A stretch of DNA of 64,000 nt. Source: a virus. A program made the position numbers and the translations under genes. Positions 20,921-30,207 of the stretch are shown piece after piece (positions within the stretch are counted from its first letter, which is position 1; each line of letters begins with the position of its first letter). The notes under the pieces were generated by a model. The model was not told the origin of the DNA. It worked only from the letters and a program-made list of their open reading frames with translations, and made no database searches. The stretch is from the IMG/VR virus record IMGVR_UViG_3300029438_000229, positions 2,293-66,292 of that record; one strand, 5' to 3'.

Positions 20921-21136
20921 TCAGTCGAACAACACTGCCTTCTTCGATGGTCCGTCCGGCGTGAGGCTGCACGCATAAGCCCAACGCGGAAGCATAATAC
21001 GACCGCGAACGCTAACAACGGTCATTTCCCGCGCCGTGGCTTGTTCGAATTCCGATGCGTCCAAAGCATTCCGGGTCAGCAGAATGGCGTCGTCCGGCAT
21101 ATCGTTGAGCATCATTTTCAGTTCTTTAACTGTCAT
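20921..21136 (-). CDS. hypothetical protein
   Basis: Trimmed to ATG 21136 behind AAAAGGAGACAATCT. Confidence 0.5.
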   Translation of the reverse strand: MTVKELKMMLNDMPDDAILLTRNALDASEFEQATAREMTVVSVRGRIMLPRWAYACSLTPDGPSKKAVLFD

Positions 21137-21422
21137 AGATTGTCTCCTTTTGCATGACCTCATCCAGCGCCTCTAGGAACAAGACAGATTCGGTGTTCTG
21201 CGTCCCAGCTGCAACGATACCGGAAATCTCGTTCGGCTCGATGAGGAAAACGCTGTCACCGTCAATGAATCCTTGCGGCCATGGCGCAGCATAATAGGCG
21301 TAGGGCACGATGTCGGTTGCATAACCGATAATTATATATTTCTGGTCGGCGTCCTGCCGAACCTTAACGATTGTCCCGAGTGAAAACGCGGATTTGAGTG
21401 TAGGCGTTGCTGTAACAGGCAT
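21126..21422 (-). CDS. hypothetical protein
   Basis: Only the distal 98 codons of track ORF 21126..21869 are kept. A promoter at 21466-21493 and a GGGAGGTG SD lie just upstream. A TTG six codons earlier is an alternative start. Confidence 0.5.
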   Translation of the reverse strand: MPVTATPTLKSAFSLGTIVKVRQDADQKYIIIGYATDIVPYAYYAAPWPQGFIDGDSVFLIEPNEISGIVAAGTQNTESVLFLEALDEVMQKETIYDS

Positions 21423-21465
21423 TTCTCTTTTAATTTTCAATGATGAAAACACCTCCCTAAACACC

Positions 21466-21493
21466 AGTCTATGCGGTTCGCAAGAATGTGCAA
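21466..21493 (-). promoter_or_regulatory. phage-type promoter
   Basis: TTGCAC-ATTC-TTGCGAAC-CGCA-TAGACT. Confidence 0.55.
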
Positions 21494-21570
21494 CGAAAAA
21501 AGGCACAAAAAAAGGAGCTGCCCGAAGGCAACTCCCTGTCATACATAAATTTGCTGTAGCAAAAGCGAAC

Positions 21571-22074
21571 TCAGCGATTCTGAGCGACCTCGACATTGAA
21601 GTCAAACAGTTCCTTGCTGGTCGAGCACCGGGAAGAAAACTCTCCGTCACGGTTCTGGATGACATCGGATGCCGGGACAGGCTTTCCGAAACCGTCGTCC
21701 ACAAACACAGGATGCTTGCTGTCATCATTGTCAGAACGGGGCGAGAAGCTTGCGGCTGCGAACCAGTCTTCCTCATCGCTGCCCTGCTCGTCATACAGAC
21801 GGCAGAACGGAGCGGGGATTTCGGGCGTCGGAAGCTGGAACATTGCTGCCTGCATTTCCTTGCCGCCATTCTTCACATTTACATCGATAAGGGGGCAAAT
21901 CGTATCGCCTGCGCACTCCCACTTGGTATAGGACTGAGCGGCAATTGCGGTATTGCCGTCAGATACCTCAATACCGAGCGAAAGAATGTCTGATTTGAGG
22001 CCGAGCTTTTCCTGAAGCATTTCCGGGGTGAGAGTCAGAAACTGACCGCCGACCGTGTTAATGATAAGGTTCAT
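21571..22074 (-). CDS. hypothetical protein
   Basis: 167 aa; AAAAGGAGAATG SD. Confidence 0.6.
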   Translation of the reverse strand: MNLIINTVGGQFLTLTPEMLQEKLGLKSDILSLGIEVSDGNTAIAAQSYTKWECAGDTICPLIDVNVKNGGKEMQAAMFQLPTPEIPAPFCRLYDEQGSDEEDWFAAASFSPRSDNDDSKHPVFVDDGFGKPVPASDVIQNRDGEFSSRCSTSKELFDFNVEVAQNR

Positions 22075-22097
22075 CGTTCACATTCTCCTTTTTAATT

Positions 22098-22646
22098 TTA
22101 GTAAATATAGTTCTCGCTTCGAAGCGCTGCCTGAACGGCGCGGATTTCCTTTTCGGTGAGTTGGTAGCTGCCAATCGGCGTGTTCGCGGAACCAAAGTAA
22201 GCGGAATCGAACACCATGCAGGCTTCTCCGTTCTCATTGAGCCGATAGAGGAATGCTTCCTTTGTCCGTGCATCAGTAGGATGGTCTACCAGCGATACGA
22301 GAGGAAGACCTGTTGTCGAGTTCTTAACCATCTGCCACTCGGATGCGTTCCGGTCACAGTACCCAGCAATGTAGATGTGCGGCTCGGAGATAAGGCGCAG
22401 GTCACGCTTCATCAATTCGAGCAGTGAATTGGCGGGCTTGCAACTGTAAGTATTGGTCAATTCGGCGTTTAGCTCGAAATTGAGCGAAACACAGAAAACA
22501 CGGTATCCGCGCTTATCCAAGTCATCGAGCATTGCGGTGCCAGCGCCCGAAGACAGGAACGAAACCATCTTGGTGTCCATGTTTTTAGGCAGGTAAAGCA
22601 CAGCTGTAATGAGGTATTTTTCCGAACGCACCAGATTCTTAAACAT
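22098..22646 (-). CDS. hypothetical protein
   Basis: ATG 22646 lies 10 nt after GGAGG and overlaps the upstream stop. Confidence 0.6.
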   Translation of the reverse strand: MFKNLVRSEKYLITAVLYLPKNMDTKMVSFLSSGAGTAMLDDLDKRGYRVFCVSLNFELNAELTNTYSCKPANSLLELMKRDLRLISEPHIYIAGYCDRNASEWQMVKNSTTGLPLVSLVDHPTDARTKEAFLYRLNENGEACMVFDSAYFGSANTPIGSYQLTEKEIRAVQAALRSENYIY

Positions 22647-22903
22647 CACGCATCATCCTCCGTCTTGGTAGTCATGCCATGGACTTTGTCGATGGCGGCG
22701 GCAATCGTGTTGTTCTCCAGTTCAGTCATCTGTGTGCAAAGGTAACCCCAGTCGATGGCATCGTGGACCTTGCGGACAAACGCATCGTAGGTGCCAGCAG
22801 TTTTCATCATTTCGATTTCCGATTCATAGCAGCCGGATTCCTCGAGCAGATGCTGGATGTCATCGATGGGGTTCATTTCGATAGTTGGTACAGTTTTGTT
22901 CAT
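22646..22903 (-). CDS. hypothetical protein
   Basis: 85 aa; AAAGGAG SD. Confidence 0.6.
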   Translation of the reverse strand: MNKTVPTIEMNPIDDIQHLLEESGCYESEIEMMKTAGTYDAFVRKVHDAIDWGYLCTQMTELENNTIAAAIDKVHGMTTKTEDDA

Positions 22904-22934
22904 GATACAAACTCCTTTAAGTGTTTTGGATGCG

Positions 22935-23072
22935 AAAAGAGCGGACCTCTCAGAATCGAGAAGTCCGCCCTTTAAGCGAAATTGTGAATGTACGAAAGGC
23001 AGAAAGCCTTTTTGATTTGGAATGGTATCTATCGTACAATACCCATTCTACTTAGTTCGCATATTTTGGCAA
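22935..23072 (-). promoter_or_regulatory. leader cassette copy 6
   Basis: TTGCCA-16-TAGAAT with ATGCGAAC. Full conserved leader. Hairpin 22969-22941. The U-tract is short (CTCTTTTC). Confidence 0.65.
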
Positions 23073-23182
23073 GTAAAAAATGTTGCTCATTCGAAGGCGA
23101 GTGGTGAAGAGTGTAATTTTAGATGTGGAGAACAGTCCACTCACTCCTTATTCTGTAATGTGTAATTGTAGCGTAGATTTCT

Positions 23183-23224
23183 AAAAAAAGCCGCCCACCA
23201 AATTATGTTGTGGGCGGTTTTTTT
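23183..23224. terminator. bidirectional intrinsic terminator
   Basis: GCCGCCCAC..GTGGGCGG stem flanked by an A7 run and a T7 run. Confidence 0.75.
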
Positions 23225-23228
23225 GTTG

Positions 23229-24251
23229 TTAGTTTTCGAAATCTGGATTCTTCCAGACCGTTTTCTTTCCGTAATGGATATCCGAAATGTACTTGAATGG
23301 AATCTTATCCTGGTTTTTAAGAAGAGCATCGTTTTCCTCTAAAAATTCCTCAATGCGTTCCTCTTCACTACGCGGAGCAATGTTCCATGTATCGAGATAT
23401 CCATCATACATGGCATCCATATTGAAAATACTGTCAACGGGGTACTTGACAGAGTCAATTTCTCCGTTGACGTCCAAGCCAAGGTGGACGTTCTTATAGT
23501 TCTTGATGCTGTCTGTCAAGGATTTGAATTTCCCTTCAGGAGTATCGGGATTGCTGTACTTTTTCACGTACTCTTCCGTCAACTCTTCCACCACAGCCAA
23601 TGTAATCCCGTATAGGCGTCCATGCTGCCCGGAATTTGCCTTTTTGATTTTCTCCATCGTCCGTTCAGCCCAGCCGGTGGGATTAGCAAGATAATCCACT
23701 ACCAGTTCATCGGCATTTGTGGATGTCAGGCCAAAGCAAGACCCTTTTCCAATCTCATCGACAATGCTGTCAATAGGGCTGCGATAATTCTTATACCCCT
23801 TTATTATGCGACAGAAAGCGTTCTGTCGTGCTATCTTGTCGTAATGACTGCCCTTGAGAATTTTCTTCTTGTCTTCTTCCGTCACATTCTCTCGGAACAT
23901 ATCGAACAGCTTCTGTGCCATTTCCTCTATGACAGAATCCGAGGTAAAAGAAGAACGGCAGAAAATCGTTTTGAAGTCACATGTTTCATTGACGGTTTTG
24001 GCATTATCGACAACGAGGCAAAGGAAGCGTATCTCCTGATTGAATGTTACGGGTTTCTTTTCCAAGGTTCCATAAAACCGCTGCCCGTACAAGGCATCTA
24101 CCTTGTGCTCGCCATTGGCGAGCGGCACACGAATGAAACGGTAGTAGCGCCCGGACGGTTTTCCGGTATCGGGAATTGTGTTGCCTTCGAACACGGATGC
24201 GCCGGATTTGATAGCCTGCTCAAAATCCTCACGAGTTAAATTGATAGTCAT
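23229..24251 (-). CDS. hypothetical protein (last gene of the radical-SAM operon)
   Basis: Trimmed to ATG 24251 behind GAAAGGAAGAAATT. 340 aa with no motif I recognise. Confidence 0.65.
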   Translation of the reverse strand: MTINLTREDFEQAIKSGASVFEGNTIPDTGKPSGRYYRFIRVPLANGEHKVDALYGQRFYGTLEKKPVTFNQEIRFLCLVVDNAKTVNETCDFKTIFCRSSFTSDSVIEEMAQKLFDMFRENVTEEDKKKILKGSHYDKIARQNAFCRIIKGYKNYRSPIDSIVDEIGKGSCFGLTSTNADELVVDYLANPTGWAERTMEKIKKANSGQHGRLYGITLAVVEELTEEYVKKYSNPDTPEGKFKSLTDSIKNYKNVHLGLDVNGEIDSVKYPVDSIFNMDAMYDGYLDTWNIAPRSEEERIEEFLEENDALLKNQDKIPFKYISDIHYGKKTVWKNPDFEN

Positions 24252-24289
24252 AATTTCTTCCTTTCTATTTTTGGGGTATTTATTATTTT

Positions 24290-25042
24290 TCAGCTGTTTT
24301 CTTCGATGCACAATTTGCTGCTACGAATGTTTTCCAACCATTTTTCATCCATAACATTGCCGATGCGATACTTTTTCTGGGATTCGTAGGACCAATCGCA
24401 GCCAACGACAACATCGCCGACAGTGTTCAAGTACAGTTCTCCCTCGTTGATGTTGATGCCGATTTTGTCGTTACCGGTATAATCAACCACGAGTTCCGGG
24501 GTACGAGGTTCTCTTTTCAAAGACCAGTCGTCGTTGAGGGTTTTTGCACGTCCCTCGTTGAGAAGATACTTTTCGTGAAAGTCTGTCACCATATCATCAC
24601 GGTTGTATTTTAAACCACTGAGGATACTTGCGCTTTCGTCAGAAATCTCTTCGTGGAAGTTATCGCTGCTGATACAAAGGCCGCACAAATATTCGTCCTT
24701 TTCATCGCAGTAATTCCACCATTCGAGACTTGCCAAAGCGAGGTCTTCCATCTTATCGACAGCTTTTCCGTTGGTCACCATATAAAAGCTTCCAACCGAA
24801 ATGTTTCGTTCTTTCACGGCTTTCAGGGTATAGCGGATGGCAGGTATGTTCAGAGAAATTTCGCCACCGGTAAAGACAATTGTACCGATGTATCTCCTAC
24901 CGGAAAAACTGTCGAGAAATGCGTTGATGTACTTCTCCTGAATATCTACATTCTCCGCATCACCGCGCAGGCAATGCGCACAGCACATATTGCAGCGCCG
25001 GGTGATTTCGATTACTACATTGTTGGCGTCAGAAATGTACAT
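24290..25042 (-). CDS. radical SAM domain protein
   Basis: 250 aa. CNMCCAHC is the CxxxCxxC cluster motif, 16 aa from the N-terminus. FTGGE motif. GAAAGGAGAAAAGG SD. Confidence 0.8.
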   Translation of the reverse strand: MYISDANNVVIEITRRCNMCCAHCLRGDAENVDIQEKYINAFLDSFSGRRYIGTIVFTGGEISLNIPAIRYTLKAVKERNISVGSFYMVTNGKAVDKMEDLALASLEWWNYCDEKDEYLCGLCISSDNFHEEISDESASILSGLKYNRDDMVTDFHEKYLLNEGRAKTLNDDWSLKREPRTPELVVDYTGNDKIGININEGELYLNTVGDVVVGCDWSYESQKKYRIGNVMDEKWLENIRSSKLCIEENS

Positions 25043-25069
25043 TTTACCTTTTCTCCTTTCCTCGGATTA

Positions 25070-25381
25070 TCAGTTCCCATCCACAAGACTCTCGTCGTGG
25101 TTGACAACAGCATCTATCTCCGGAGTTGCGACCTTCAAAAGACCATAACCCGCAAAGAACGAATCAGGAATGTCATACACATCGCCCCAGTCAAAGCAAC
25201 CGAAGTTGTCGTCAAGTGCCTTTTTGCCGTCTTCGGTTTTTAGGTAATCCCCGACGGCGCGGCGCACCTGTGTGAGAACATCAGATACCTGTTCATGGTC
25301 ATACTTGAATTGCAAAATGGTCGTTCCTGAGTTGTGCAGACCAAAATACTCTCTGACGGCGATAGTAAAAATCTTTTCCAT
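25070..25381 (-). CDS. hypothetical protein
   Basis: Trimmed to ATG 25381 behind AAAAAGGAGCG. Confidence 0.6.
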   Translation of the reverse strand: MEKIFTIAVREYFGLHNSGTTILQFKYDHEQVSDVLTQVRRAVGDYLKTEDGKKALDDNFGCFDWGDVYDIPDSFFAGYGLLKVATPEIDAVVNHDESLVDGN

Positions 25382-25410
25382 GTTATTACGCTCCTTTTTG
25401 TTATTGGACA

Positions 25411-25549
25411 CAAAAAAGGCGGGCTTCTCATCTGAGAAGTCCGCCCTTTAAGCGAAATTGTGAATTGTACGAAAGGCATAAAACCCTTTCGATATGGGAT
25501 GTTATCTATCGTACAATACCCATTCTATTCAGTTCGCACATTTTGGCAA
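25411..25549 (-). promoter_or_regulatory. leader cassette copy 7
   Basis: TTGCCA-16-TAGAAT with GTGCGAAC. Full conserved leader. Hairpin 25445-25418 plus TTTTTT. Confidence 0.7.
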
Positions 25550-25730
25550 GAAAAAATCACCACCTACTTGCATAGGCGGCGACTGATTTACTTGCTATCG
25601 TTTTAGTACCTTATTGGGGTTTTCCGTTTCCGAATCAGCCAAGGCGCGTTCCTGAACCCAGTTCGTCCAGAGCGGGACATTTCGTGTACTACTCAAATAG
25701 GCTTATATGGATTGGATGCTGATTGGATAT

Positions 25731-26879
25731 TTATGGCTTGCAGTATCCACAAGGCGTATATCCCTGTTTGATAAGTTCCTCTCTTGTGCCGGTGTACTTC
25801 TCTCTATTTGCATCGCTTATCTGAGATGCAGAGGAGCAATCAGGGCGGTGGAACTTGCGAGAGTTCGTGTTCAGGATGTATGTCTCGGAAATTGTGTCAG
25901 GCTGCTGTGGTTCTTCCACCTCGGTGCCAGAGACATCAACATCCTTGTGGTATTCCCCATACGAGAAGGTGACTTCCGTACCGTCAGAGGTGCAGTAAAT
26001 ATCACCGAGTTCGTCCGTTCTGAACACCTCAACTCCCGCGCTGGCCAGCTTTGCGAGGGTTTCGCTGTGCGGGTGTCCGTAGCTGTTGTCCTTGCCGCAG
26101 GATATGACCGCATAAGTAGGGCTCACAGCATCCAGAAATGCCTGAGAGGTGGAGGTACTGGACCCGTGATGCCCGACCTTTAAGACGGTGGATTCGATGT
26201 CTTGTTCGGATTCGAGTATCTTCTCTTCTGTTTCCTGTTCGGCATCACCGGTGAACAGGAAAGATGTATCTCCGTAGACAATGCGAATTACAATGGAAGT
26301 ATTGTTCGTGTCCTCAGGCACGGAATTGACGGCCACAACGGTGACGGTGGCTTCCCCTAGGGTGAATGTATCCCCAACTGCCGGGACGGTAATGCCACCG
26401 CCTCTCTCGTCCGCACGAGCCTTAAAGTTCCGGAATGCCTTGCTGTCATATTCTGTCACAGGACAGAATGTGACATCGGCTGTGTCAGCCTCGAAAGCAC
26501 CCGAAAGACCTCCGATGTGGTCTTCGTGGGCGTGTGTTCCTACGACATAGTCTAAGTGTCCCTCTGTCTCGCGCTGTAATACTGAGTATACAAGGTTCGA
26601 GTCATCGGCATTGCCGCCGTCAATGAGCATCGAGTGCCCATCGCAGGTGACGAGGGCGGAATCTGCCTGCCCGACATCGATAAAGTGGATGGTAAAGCTG
26701 CCGCCTTCCGATACGCCAGCCGTCTCCTGACCGCTTTGTGCGGTAGTTTCTGAGACGACCCCGGATACAGGAAGGCTTCCCGGAGATTCCGGTGTCTGAC
26801 CGCAGCCTGTGAATGTCAGTGTGAAGAACGCGGCAATTACCGCTGCAGTTCTCCGAAGAAATTCGTGTTTGGTTTGCAT
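25731..26879 (-). CDS. secreted MBL-fold metallo-hydrolase lipoprotein
   Basis: 382 aa. Lipobox LTFTGC, HAHEDHIGG (HxHxDH), and a Cys-rich C-tail RKFHRPDC...PCGYCKP. GAAAGGAGA SD. Confidence 0.8.
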   Translation of the reverse strand: MQTKHEFLRRTAAVIAAFFTLTFTGCGQTPESPGSLPVSGVVSETTAQSGQETAGVSEGGSFTIHFIDVGQADSALVTCDGHSMLIDGGNADDSNLVYSVLQRETEGHLDYVVGTHAHEDHIGGLSGAFEADTADVTFCPVTEYDSKAFRNFKARADERGGGITVPAVGDTFTLGEATVTVVAVNSVPEDTNNTSIVIRIVYGDTSFLFTGDAEQETEEKILESEQDIESTVLKVGHHGSSTSTSQAFLDAVSPTYAVISCGKDNSYGHPHSETLAKLASAGVEVFRTDELGDIYCTSDGTEVTFSYGEYHKDVDVSGTEVEEPQQPDTISETYILNTNSRKFHRPDCSSASQISDANREKYTGTREELIKQGYTPCGYCKP

Positions 26880-26899
26880 GGGTTTTGTCTCCTTTCAAA

Positions 26900-27018
26900 T
26901 AAAAAAAGCGGGCCCATCCCCCGAAAGGGATAAGTCCGCTAAAAACGAAATTGTGAATTGTAAGATATCTGGTATCTATCGTACAATTCTATTCTACCGG
27001 TATCGCAAGAACATGCAA
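26900..27018 (-). promoter_or_regulatory. leader cassette copy 8 (short variant)
   Basis: TTGCAT-16-TAGAAT with TTGCGATA. TTGTACGATAGATACC...CTTACAATTCACAATTTCG. Hairpin 26940-26907 plus TTTTTTT. Confidence 0.65.
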
Positions 27019-27021
27019 CAC

Positions 27022-27252
27022 TCAAACCGTATCCGAAACCTCATGACACAGCATCCTGTCCGCATAAATACAGCAGAGAACCAAGCCAAGGCTCGCAACG
27101 CAGCCGAACGCGACATGTTTCGGGGAAAGAAGGAGCCATTCGATGTCGTTCATTACTTTCACCCAAAACAAAACGCCCATCATAGCAATGATGAGCGGAA
27201 TAAAGACAGTTCCTGTGTAATGCAGGAATTTTCGGATTTTTCTTTTTTGCAT
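27022..27252 (-). CDS. small membrane protein
   Basis: Track ORF trimmed to ATG 27252, after the stop of the sortase gene. 76 aa with two TM helices; weak SD. Confidence 0.45.
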   Translation of the reverse strand: MQKRKIRKFLHYTGTVFIPLIIAMMGVLFWVKVMNDIEWLLLSPKHVAFGCVASLGLVLCCIYADRMLCHEVSDTV

Positions 27253-27271
27253 CCTAAAACTACATCTCCAA

Positions 27272-28036
27272 TCATGCTTGCAAAACAGCCTGAACCACAT
27301 ATCTCTGATTCGTTGGGCTGTAATACCCAAACGGATAGCAGGTATACATGATAAGTTTATCGATTCCGTCTGTGAAATTAACGAGGACAGTGCCGTCATC
27401 CGCAATCACGGTGCTCGCGTCCGAGGACACATAACCGGGCATTGCTAGGGTGACGGAATACACATATTCCCCGTAATCGGTGTCTACCACAAAGTCATCT
27501 CCTATGCTGACATATTGCAGCAGAGAAAACACGCTGTCGTTATGAGAGCAAAGCAGATGCCCTCCGGTCACACCGACTTGGTAAGAACCCGGATACTGAT
27601 ATACCCCGCCGCGTTGATTCAAAAGACTCTGGTCATCGCCCCAGATAAGAGAAGCGTTCAGGCCAATCGCGTCACAGGTAATCGTGCCGTAGGCTTGACC
27701 CCAGGCAGCAGGTACAACATCGCCCCAGACAGAGGTCGCTGCACTAACAGGTTCAGGCGTCGGTTCAGGAGTCGGACCCGGGGAGGGTTCGGGTTGCGGT
27801 GTAGGAGACGGTTCAAAAGGCGCAGCGGGTTCCGGGCCTGGTTCCGGTATGCCGGATAGGTCCGAGATTTGCTGTTCTTCTTCTGCTGTTTCTTGCGTCG
27901 CAGATTCAGAGGTATTGAGAGAGGATTCGGATTGTGCTGATTCGGCAGGCAGAGGTTCCGCTTGCCATGAACAGCCTGCAACACTGGTCAGCACAGCCAA
28001 TGTTGCAACGAGTATCAGTGCTTTGGTTCGCCGCAT
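27272..28036 (-). CDS. sortase-family transpeptidase with lipoprotein-type signal
   Basis: ATG 28036 behind GAAAGGA. LAVLTSVAGC signal. His motif GGHLLCSH, LIMYTCYPF (TLxTC-like Cys) and QRYVV Arg motif. Confidence 0.7.
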   Translation of the reverse strand: MRRTKALILVATLAVLTSVAGCSWQAEPLPAESAQSESSLNTSESATQETAEEEQQISDLSGIPEPGPEPAAPFEPSPTPQPEPSPGPTPEPTPEPVSAATSVWGDVVPAAWGQAYGTITCDAIGLNASLIWGDDQSLLNQRGGVYQYPGSYQVGVTGGHLLCSHNDSVFSLLQYVSIGDDFVVDTDYGEYVYSVTLAMPGYVSSDASTVIADDGTVLVNFTDGIDKLIMYTCYPFGYYSPTNQRYVVQAVLQA

Positions 28037-28065
28037 TTGAGTTTGTCCTTTCTTAAACAAAAAAA

Positions 28066-28108
28066 TATATAAAAAAGCTGCCCTCAGTTCTTGTCGAACC
28101 GGGGCAGC
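28066..28108 (-). terminator. intrinsic terminator embedding the stop of gene 28084
   Basis: GCTGCCCC..GGGCAGC stem plus TTTTTTATATATTTTTTTG. Confidence 0.6.
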
Positions 28109-28749
28109 CTTTTAGCAACGGACAGAATCAGCCATTTTTGTGTGCTTTCCGAAAGAATTTGTGGCTTACACTCCTTCACCTTTCGGATTCCGCATGTACT
28201 CATGCCGTCATAATAGAGCAGGACACCAATATCTTCTGGTATCTCTCCTTTGACCTTCTTATATAACTCAGTGGGCATCGCATAGTAGTTGCAATGCCCG
28301 ACGAAATTGTGCCCGTGTGCCGAGTGAAAATCGCTCACAGAAATCTTGATTTCCACACAAGTGATGACGGCATCGAGCGTATACAGATGATTCGTCTTGT
28401 GGAAGTGGCACCATTGCTCGGAACAGTGCTCCCTGCAAAAATCCGGCGATGAAATATTCTTGACGCAGGTTGCTGCTTTCGCCTTTTCCTGTATCACAGC
28501 AGGTGCAACATCCGTATCCGTTTCGATGAGCGAGGCCAGTTTGCAGGTCCCATATTTGGTTTCGGAGGTAAAGCATTCCTGAACCCTGACGAAATCGACC
28601 AATCCGGATTTGACAGACCCGCATTCTACCGGCACTTCTATGGCATCGAACCCTTGACGAAACGAATCCACCCGATACCCGCCGTAGCTGGAAGGATGCC
28701 ACGCATGAAGCGCGGCTTCAATATCGCGGGTCAGCTGAGTTTTCGCCAT
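28084..28749 (-). CDS. MmcB-like / PD-(D/E)xK-fold protein (tentative)
   Basis: 221 aa. The VEIKISVSDF...GHCNYYAMP pattern resembles the MmcB family; the motif match is weak. Confidence 0.45.
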   Translation of the reverse strand: MAKTQLTRDIEAALHAWHPSSYGGYRVDSFRQGFDAIEVPVECGSVKSGLVDFVRVQECFTSETKYGTCKLASLIETDTDVAPAVIQEKAKAATCVKNISSPDFCREHCSEQWCHFHKTNHLYTLDAVITCVEIKISVSDFHSAHGHNFVGHCNYYAMPTELYKKVKGEIPEDIGVLLYYDGMSTCGIRKVKECKPQILSESTQKWLILSVAKRLPRFDKN

Positions 28750-28755
28750 CAGGTA

Positions 28756-28875
28756 TCACCGGAAAATCTGCTGACCAATCTCTACCATCTTACGGCGTTT
28801 GCGGTGCAGCGAAACAAGCTGGTACACAGCGACGGCAAATGCCGCAGCGGAAAGTAATTTCAGAATCTTTTTCAT
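28756..28875 (-). CDS. small membrane protein (39 aa)
   Basis: GAAGGAGG SD 7 nt before the ATG. MKKILKLLSAAAFAVAVYQLV helix followed by a basic tail. Confidence 0.45.
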   Translation of the reverse strand: MKKILKLLSAAAFAVAVYQLVSLHRKRRKMVEIGQQIFR

Positions 28876-28914
28876 AGTGGTCCTCCTTCGTTATTTTTGC
28901 AGTTTTGTACTTTT

Positions 28915-29421
28915 CTATTGTTCGGCGGTATATTGCCGCAGCATAAGTTCCTGTACCGTCATGACCGTAAACCCTTCCTTTTCCGCCTCATTGAGGGCTT
29001 CGTAGTAGTCGTCTACATACAGAGCCTGCGCAGCATTCAGACCGGCAGCTTGGGTCAGAAGTTTCATGACGGAGGTCTTCCGTTCTGGGGTGGCAGTCCC
29101 GATGACATCGAGGAACTGTCCCGGATAGTGCATTTCAAGCCACTGCTTTTTATACGGTAGGGTCATACTGTCCTGCACACGGGTGATGCAGTATTTCGGG
29201 ACACCGTCGCAGCTCTCGAGGAAATGCTGGACAAGCGTATTGGCTTCCCCAATTTCGTCGAATACCCTATACCCGCCCCGGTTCTCAGCCTCATACCGCA
29301 GTAGCCGTGCCCTGTGTGCATCAGCAGTCGCGTCGAGTTTCTGTTCCCGATAATGGATGAGAAGGGTATCGTCGAAATCGAAGAACATCATACGAATTTT
29401 AGAGAAATTCACTAATATCAC
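28915..29421 (-). CDS. HAD-superfamily hydrolase
   Basis: FFDFDDTL is HAD motif I (DxDxT). The start is uncertain (GTG 29421, GTG 29412 or ATG 29391). Confidence 0.6.
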   Translation of the reverse strand: MILVNFSKIRMMFFDFDDTLLIHYREQKLDATADAHRARLLRYEAENRGGYRVFDEIGEANTLVQHFLESCDGVPKYCITRVQDSMTLPYKKQWLEMHYPGQFLDVIGTATPERKTSVMKLLTQAAGLNAAQALYVDDYYEALNEAEKEGFTVMTVQELMLRQYTAEQ

Positions 29422-29427
29422 CCTTCC

Positions 29428-29718
29428 TCAATTTCTCGCCGATGCAATTTCGTGTCGAACGACCTCGGCTTCGGTATAGAACTCATCGGTGTAGTCATTA
29501 TCGTTCGTCTCCTGATAGACCTTGTGCCGGTACGGCGCGGAGCCTTCCTGCTCGATGAAAATGCGCCAGCCGCCGGAGGAGAAGCAGACAAAGAGAATCG
29601 TGCCGTCATCTAAATAAAGCCGGACTCCGGCAACATCGAAACACCCGATTTCATCCTCGAAGTATCGAGAATTTTCGATACAAACGATATCATCGCTATA
29701 GCCGTAAATCTTGACCAT
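29428..29718 (-). CDS. hypothetical protein
   Basis: 96 aa; AAGGGGG SD. Confidence 0.55.
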   Translation of the reverse strand: MVKIYGYSDDIVCIENSRYFEDEIGCFDVAGVRLYLDDGTILFVCFSSGGWRIFIEQEGSAPYRHKVYQETNDNDYTDEFYTEAEVVRHEIASARN

Positions 29719-29734
29719 TCTTTTACCGCCCCCT

Positions 29735-30193
29735 TTACTCGATTACAAAATCCTTTGTAGCATCCTCTGCCTCACTGTACCGGCTCGCATTGTGCCGAGC
29801 AGCCTGCAAGAGAACATCACGCTCGGCATCGAGCGCCGCCTGCATTGAAGTCTGCTGTACCTGCTTGGCATGGGATGTGCGAGTGTTCTTGTACTGCGGA
29901 TACTCTGCGACGATTTTATCCATCAAAGCCCAGCGCTCTTTGTCGGAAAGTGCGTTCAGGTTGATGTTATCGCGGCGCAGCCGTTCAATCGCATAGTCTA
30001 AATACGCGAATTCATCCGCAGACGGGATAGCTTCTATATAGTCCCGCATCGTGGCGGGAGGGCCGTTGTAGGTCGCCATGGCTTCATTGTACAGCGTTTC
30101 TGCAACCTCTGACCCGTACCACTTATCCGGCTCATAGCCATGATTCCGGTACACTTCCGCTACCCATAAAGGGAACGCTTCGCTGTAGGTCAT
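29735..30193 (-). CDS. hypothetical protein
   Basis: Trimmed to ATG 30193 behind GAAGGAGGGACTAT. Confidence 0.6.
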   Translation of the reverse strand: MTYSEAFPLWVAEVYRNHGYEPDKWYGSEVAETLYNEAMATYNGPPATMRDYIEAIPSADEFAYLDYAIERLRRDNINLNALSDKERWALMDKIVAEYPQYKNTRTSHAKQVQQTSMQAALDAERDVLLQAARHNASRYSEAEDATKDFVIE

Positions 30194-30207
30194 ATAGTCC
30201 CTCCTTC

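Noticed and set aside
21126-21869. 247-aa ORF overlapping gene 21571..22074.
   Set aside because: Only the distal 98 codons sit behind a promoter and SD. The proximal part overlaps a better-supported gene out of frame and spans a promoter.
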